A DNA stretch of 39,490 nucleotides, from IMG/VR virus record IMGVR_UViG_3300017784_004825, positions 1-39,490 of that record; one strand, 5' to 3'. This stretch comes from a virus. Taxonomy: Duplodnaviria > Caudoviricetes. The notes under the pieces were generated by a model. It made no database searches, was not told where the DNA came from, and was given only the letters and a program-made list of their open reading frames with translations. Each line of letters opens with the position of its first letter. The first letter of the stretch is position 1. A program made the position numbers and the translations under genes. Positions 37,324 through 39,490 of the stretch are shown piece after piece.

Positions 37324-39490
37324 TTATGATGAACACCCAAAACAATCAAATTCGGAATCTTTTGGTTTTACAGTTAAATTTAAATCTGAATAATCAATAC
37401 TCGGTACTTCTAAATTTACATTTTTTTTATCTTTTTTTGACATATCTAAAGCTAAATGTTTTGCTCCTGTTGATATCGCCTTGGTTCTAACATAATAACA
37501 TAGTGTTTTTAAACCCTTTTCCCAAGAATGAAAATGAGATGATGTTATTTTTGATAAGGTCGGATTTACCATATAAATGTTCATAGATTGTGATTGGTCA
37601 ATAAATGGAGCTCTATCCGCCGCCATATTAATTAATTCTTTTTGTGATATTTCCCATATTGTTTTATATTTTAAAATAAGATGTTCAATTCTTTTAACTT
37701 TTTTATTGTAATTTTTATCATCAAAATCAATATAATTATTAAAATTAATATTTTGAATTGACCCTTCGTTTATTATTATCTCATTTTTTAAATCTTCAGA
37801 CCATATTTCAATTTTTTCAAAATCATAAATTAAATATTTATTTACAATCATAATCTCACCACCAACAACTCTTCTATTAAAAAGAGCAGAATGTGCGGGT
37901 TCTGTCATTTCAAAAGATCCTGTAATTTTAGCAGATGATGCGACAGGCATTTGTGCAGTAAATAAAGAATTACAAACACCGTATGTTTTTACATCTGTTT
38001 TTAATTTACTCCAATCCCACATACCTGAAAGTTGTGTACTATCAAGTCCCCACATATCAAATTGAAAAATTTCATTAGACATCGGTGACCCTTCAAAAAA
38101 CGAATATGGTTTATATTTTTTTTCTTTACATAATTGGTTACTCTCATAAACTGAGGCGTAGTATATCGTTTCAAATATGTCTTTATTTAACTTTTTGGCC
38201 TCTTCAGAAGTAAAAATATAATCCATTAAATAAAAAACATCAGCTAAACCTTGAGTTCCTATTGCAATTGCTCTTTGTTCTAAACCACCTTTCAATCCTT
38301 TTTTTGTTGAGTACCTATTTATATTAATAACTTTATTTAAAGAACGAACAACCTTTCTAACTTCATTATAAAGTAACGTAAAATCAAACTCACCTTTTAC
38401 TATAAAATTCTTTAATACCATAGATGATAATGTACAGATAGCCGTAGTCTCTTCGTCGGTAAATTGATAAATCTCGTTACATAAGTTAGATTGTTTTATA
38501 ACTCCAATATTTTTATGATTAGTTTTTTTATTAGCACTATCCTTAGCACATAAATAAGGAACGCCAGTCTCAACCTGAGATTCAATAATCTTACTCCATA
38601 TATCTTGAGCTTTTATTTTTTTACCAATACCCATTTGTACCGCTTTTCGATAATTTTCTTCATATTCATCACCATAGGTTTCTTGAAGTGGTTTAAGTCC
38701 TGATTTTTTTATATCGTTTGGGCAAAACAAATACCAATCTTCGTCATTTTTAACTGCTCTCATGAAGTTGTCAGGAATCCAAAGTGCGGTAAATAAATCA
38801 CGAGCTCTTAATTCTTCAGATCCCGTATTTTTTTTAATATCCAATAAGTCCATAATATCTTTATGCCAAGGCTCCAAGTAAATTGCTGCGGAACCAGGTC
38901 TACGACCTTGTTGGTTAAAAAATCTTAACGATTCATTAACAATTTTTAAATATCTTAATAAACCACCCGAGTGTCCTCCTGATGTAGATATTCTACTTTC
39001 CTTACTTCTAATATTAGACATAGATAATCCAATCCCTGCGGCATCTGAAGAGTATGTTGAAATATCGTTTAATGTATCCAATAATCCTTGTCTTGAGTCT
39101 GAATTATTATAATGTAAAACACAAGACGCCAATTGAGGTACTTTTGTACCAGAATTAATCATTATTGGTGTCGCTTTAGAAATAAGTTGGTTTGATAATG
39201 ATTTATAATATTCAATCGCGTCTTCAAAATTATCTGTAACCCATAAGGCAACCCTCATATACATATGTTGTGGTCTTTCAATTACTTTTCCTTGTGGTGT
39301 TTTTAGTAAATACATCTCTACTAATGATCTCCAAGCAAAATAATCAAAATTATAATCGTTATTATGATTTATAATTTCATCAATATTTTTTTCTCCGTAT
39401 TTTTGAATTGTTTCCACTAACACGTCATTAATAATTCCATGTGAATGTAACTCTGACATTGTTTCTGAAAAACTTGGGTTAGTTTCTTTA
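37324..39490 (-). CDS. nrdA: Ribonucleoside-diphosphate reductase class Ia alpha subunit (5' end outside window)
   Basis: ERPQHMYMRVA, ATPIMINSG, QLASC, GRRPGSAAIYLEPWH, ETGVPY, QSNLCNEI (catalytic N-C-E), MPVASSA, IDQSQS, YYVRT and C-terminal CFGCSS. The frame stays open to the edge (KETNPSFSETM...), so the ATG at 39459 is internal. Confidence 0.97.
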   Translation of the reverse strand, partial: KETNPSFSETMSELHSHGIINDVLVETIQKYGEKNIDEIINHNNDYNFDYFAWRSLVEMYLLKTPQGKVIERPQHMYMRVALWVTDNFEDAIEYYKSLSNQLISKATPIMINSGTKVPQLASCVLHYNNSDSRQGLLDTLNDISTYSSDAAGIGLSMSNIRSKESRISTSGGHSGGLLRYLKIVNESLRFFNQQGRRPGSAAIYLEPWHKDIMDLLDIKKNTGSEELRARDLFTALWIPDNFMRAVKNDEDWYLFCPNDIKKSGLKPLQETYGDEYEENYRKAVQMGIGKKIKAQDIWSKIIESQVETGVPYLCAKDSANKKTNHKNIGVIKQSNLCNEIYQFTDEETTAICTLSSMVLKNFIVKGEFDFTLLYNEVRKVVRSLNKVININRYSTKKGLKGGLEQRAIAIGTQGLADVFYLMDYIFTSEEAKKLNKDIFETIYYASVYESNQLCKEKKYKPYSFFEGSPMSNEIFQFDMWGLDSTQLSGMWDWSKLKTDVKTYGVCNSLFTAQMPVASSAKITGSFEMTEPAHSALFNRRVVGGEIMIVNKYLIYDFEKIEIWSEDLKNEIIINEGSIQNINFNNYIDFDDKNYNKKVKRIEHLILKYKTIWEISQKELINMAADRAPFIDQSQSMNIYMVNPTLSKITSSHFHSWEKGLKTLCYYVRTKAISTGAKHLALDMSKKDKKNVNLEVPSIDYSDLNLTVKPKDSEFDCFGCSS

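Noticed and set aside
37324-39490. Intein or intron in nrdA
   Set aside because: The reading frame is continuous, motif spacing is normal, and there are no intein splice motifs or homing endonuclease.
1-39490. tRNA, rRNA or structured ncRNA genes
   Set aside because: Intergenic gaps are all under about 90 bp and extremely AT-rich; no cloverleaf or GC-rich structured segment was seen other than the terminator.

Overview
AT-rich, gene-dense fragment of a large contractile-tailed (myovirus-like, probably jumbo) bacteriophage. Every credible gene is on the minus strand. In transcription order (right to left) the window holds: a class Ia ribonucleotide reductase alpha subunit (5' end outside the window); a baseplate module (gp25-like, gp6/Baseplate-J-like, several large unknown structural proteins, a gpI/gp7-like wedge protein); a cluster of Cys-rich, Thr/Pro-linker-rich modular appendage or adhesin proteins (SprB-like repeats, SPRY, DUF1566/Lcl, PKD, BspA/DUF285); a RuvC-like resolvase broken by one in-frame TGA; and probably the start of a primase. 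A 7-gene glycosylation cassette sits inside the appendage cluster: GT60-like polypeptide GlcNAc transferase, SAM methyltransferase, three GT-A-like proteins, an HtrL+DUF3431 fusion, and UDP-galactopyranose mutase. The leading hypothesis is a phage-encoded, mucin-like O-glycosylation system that decorates its own Thr/Pro-rich virion appendages, which appear to be built from a shared N-terminal docking module. Several indirect cues point to a Bacteroidota host. All family assignments are by motif recognition by eye; no database searches were run.
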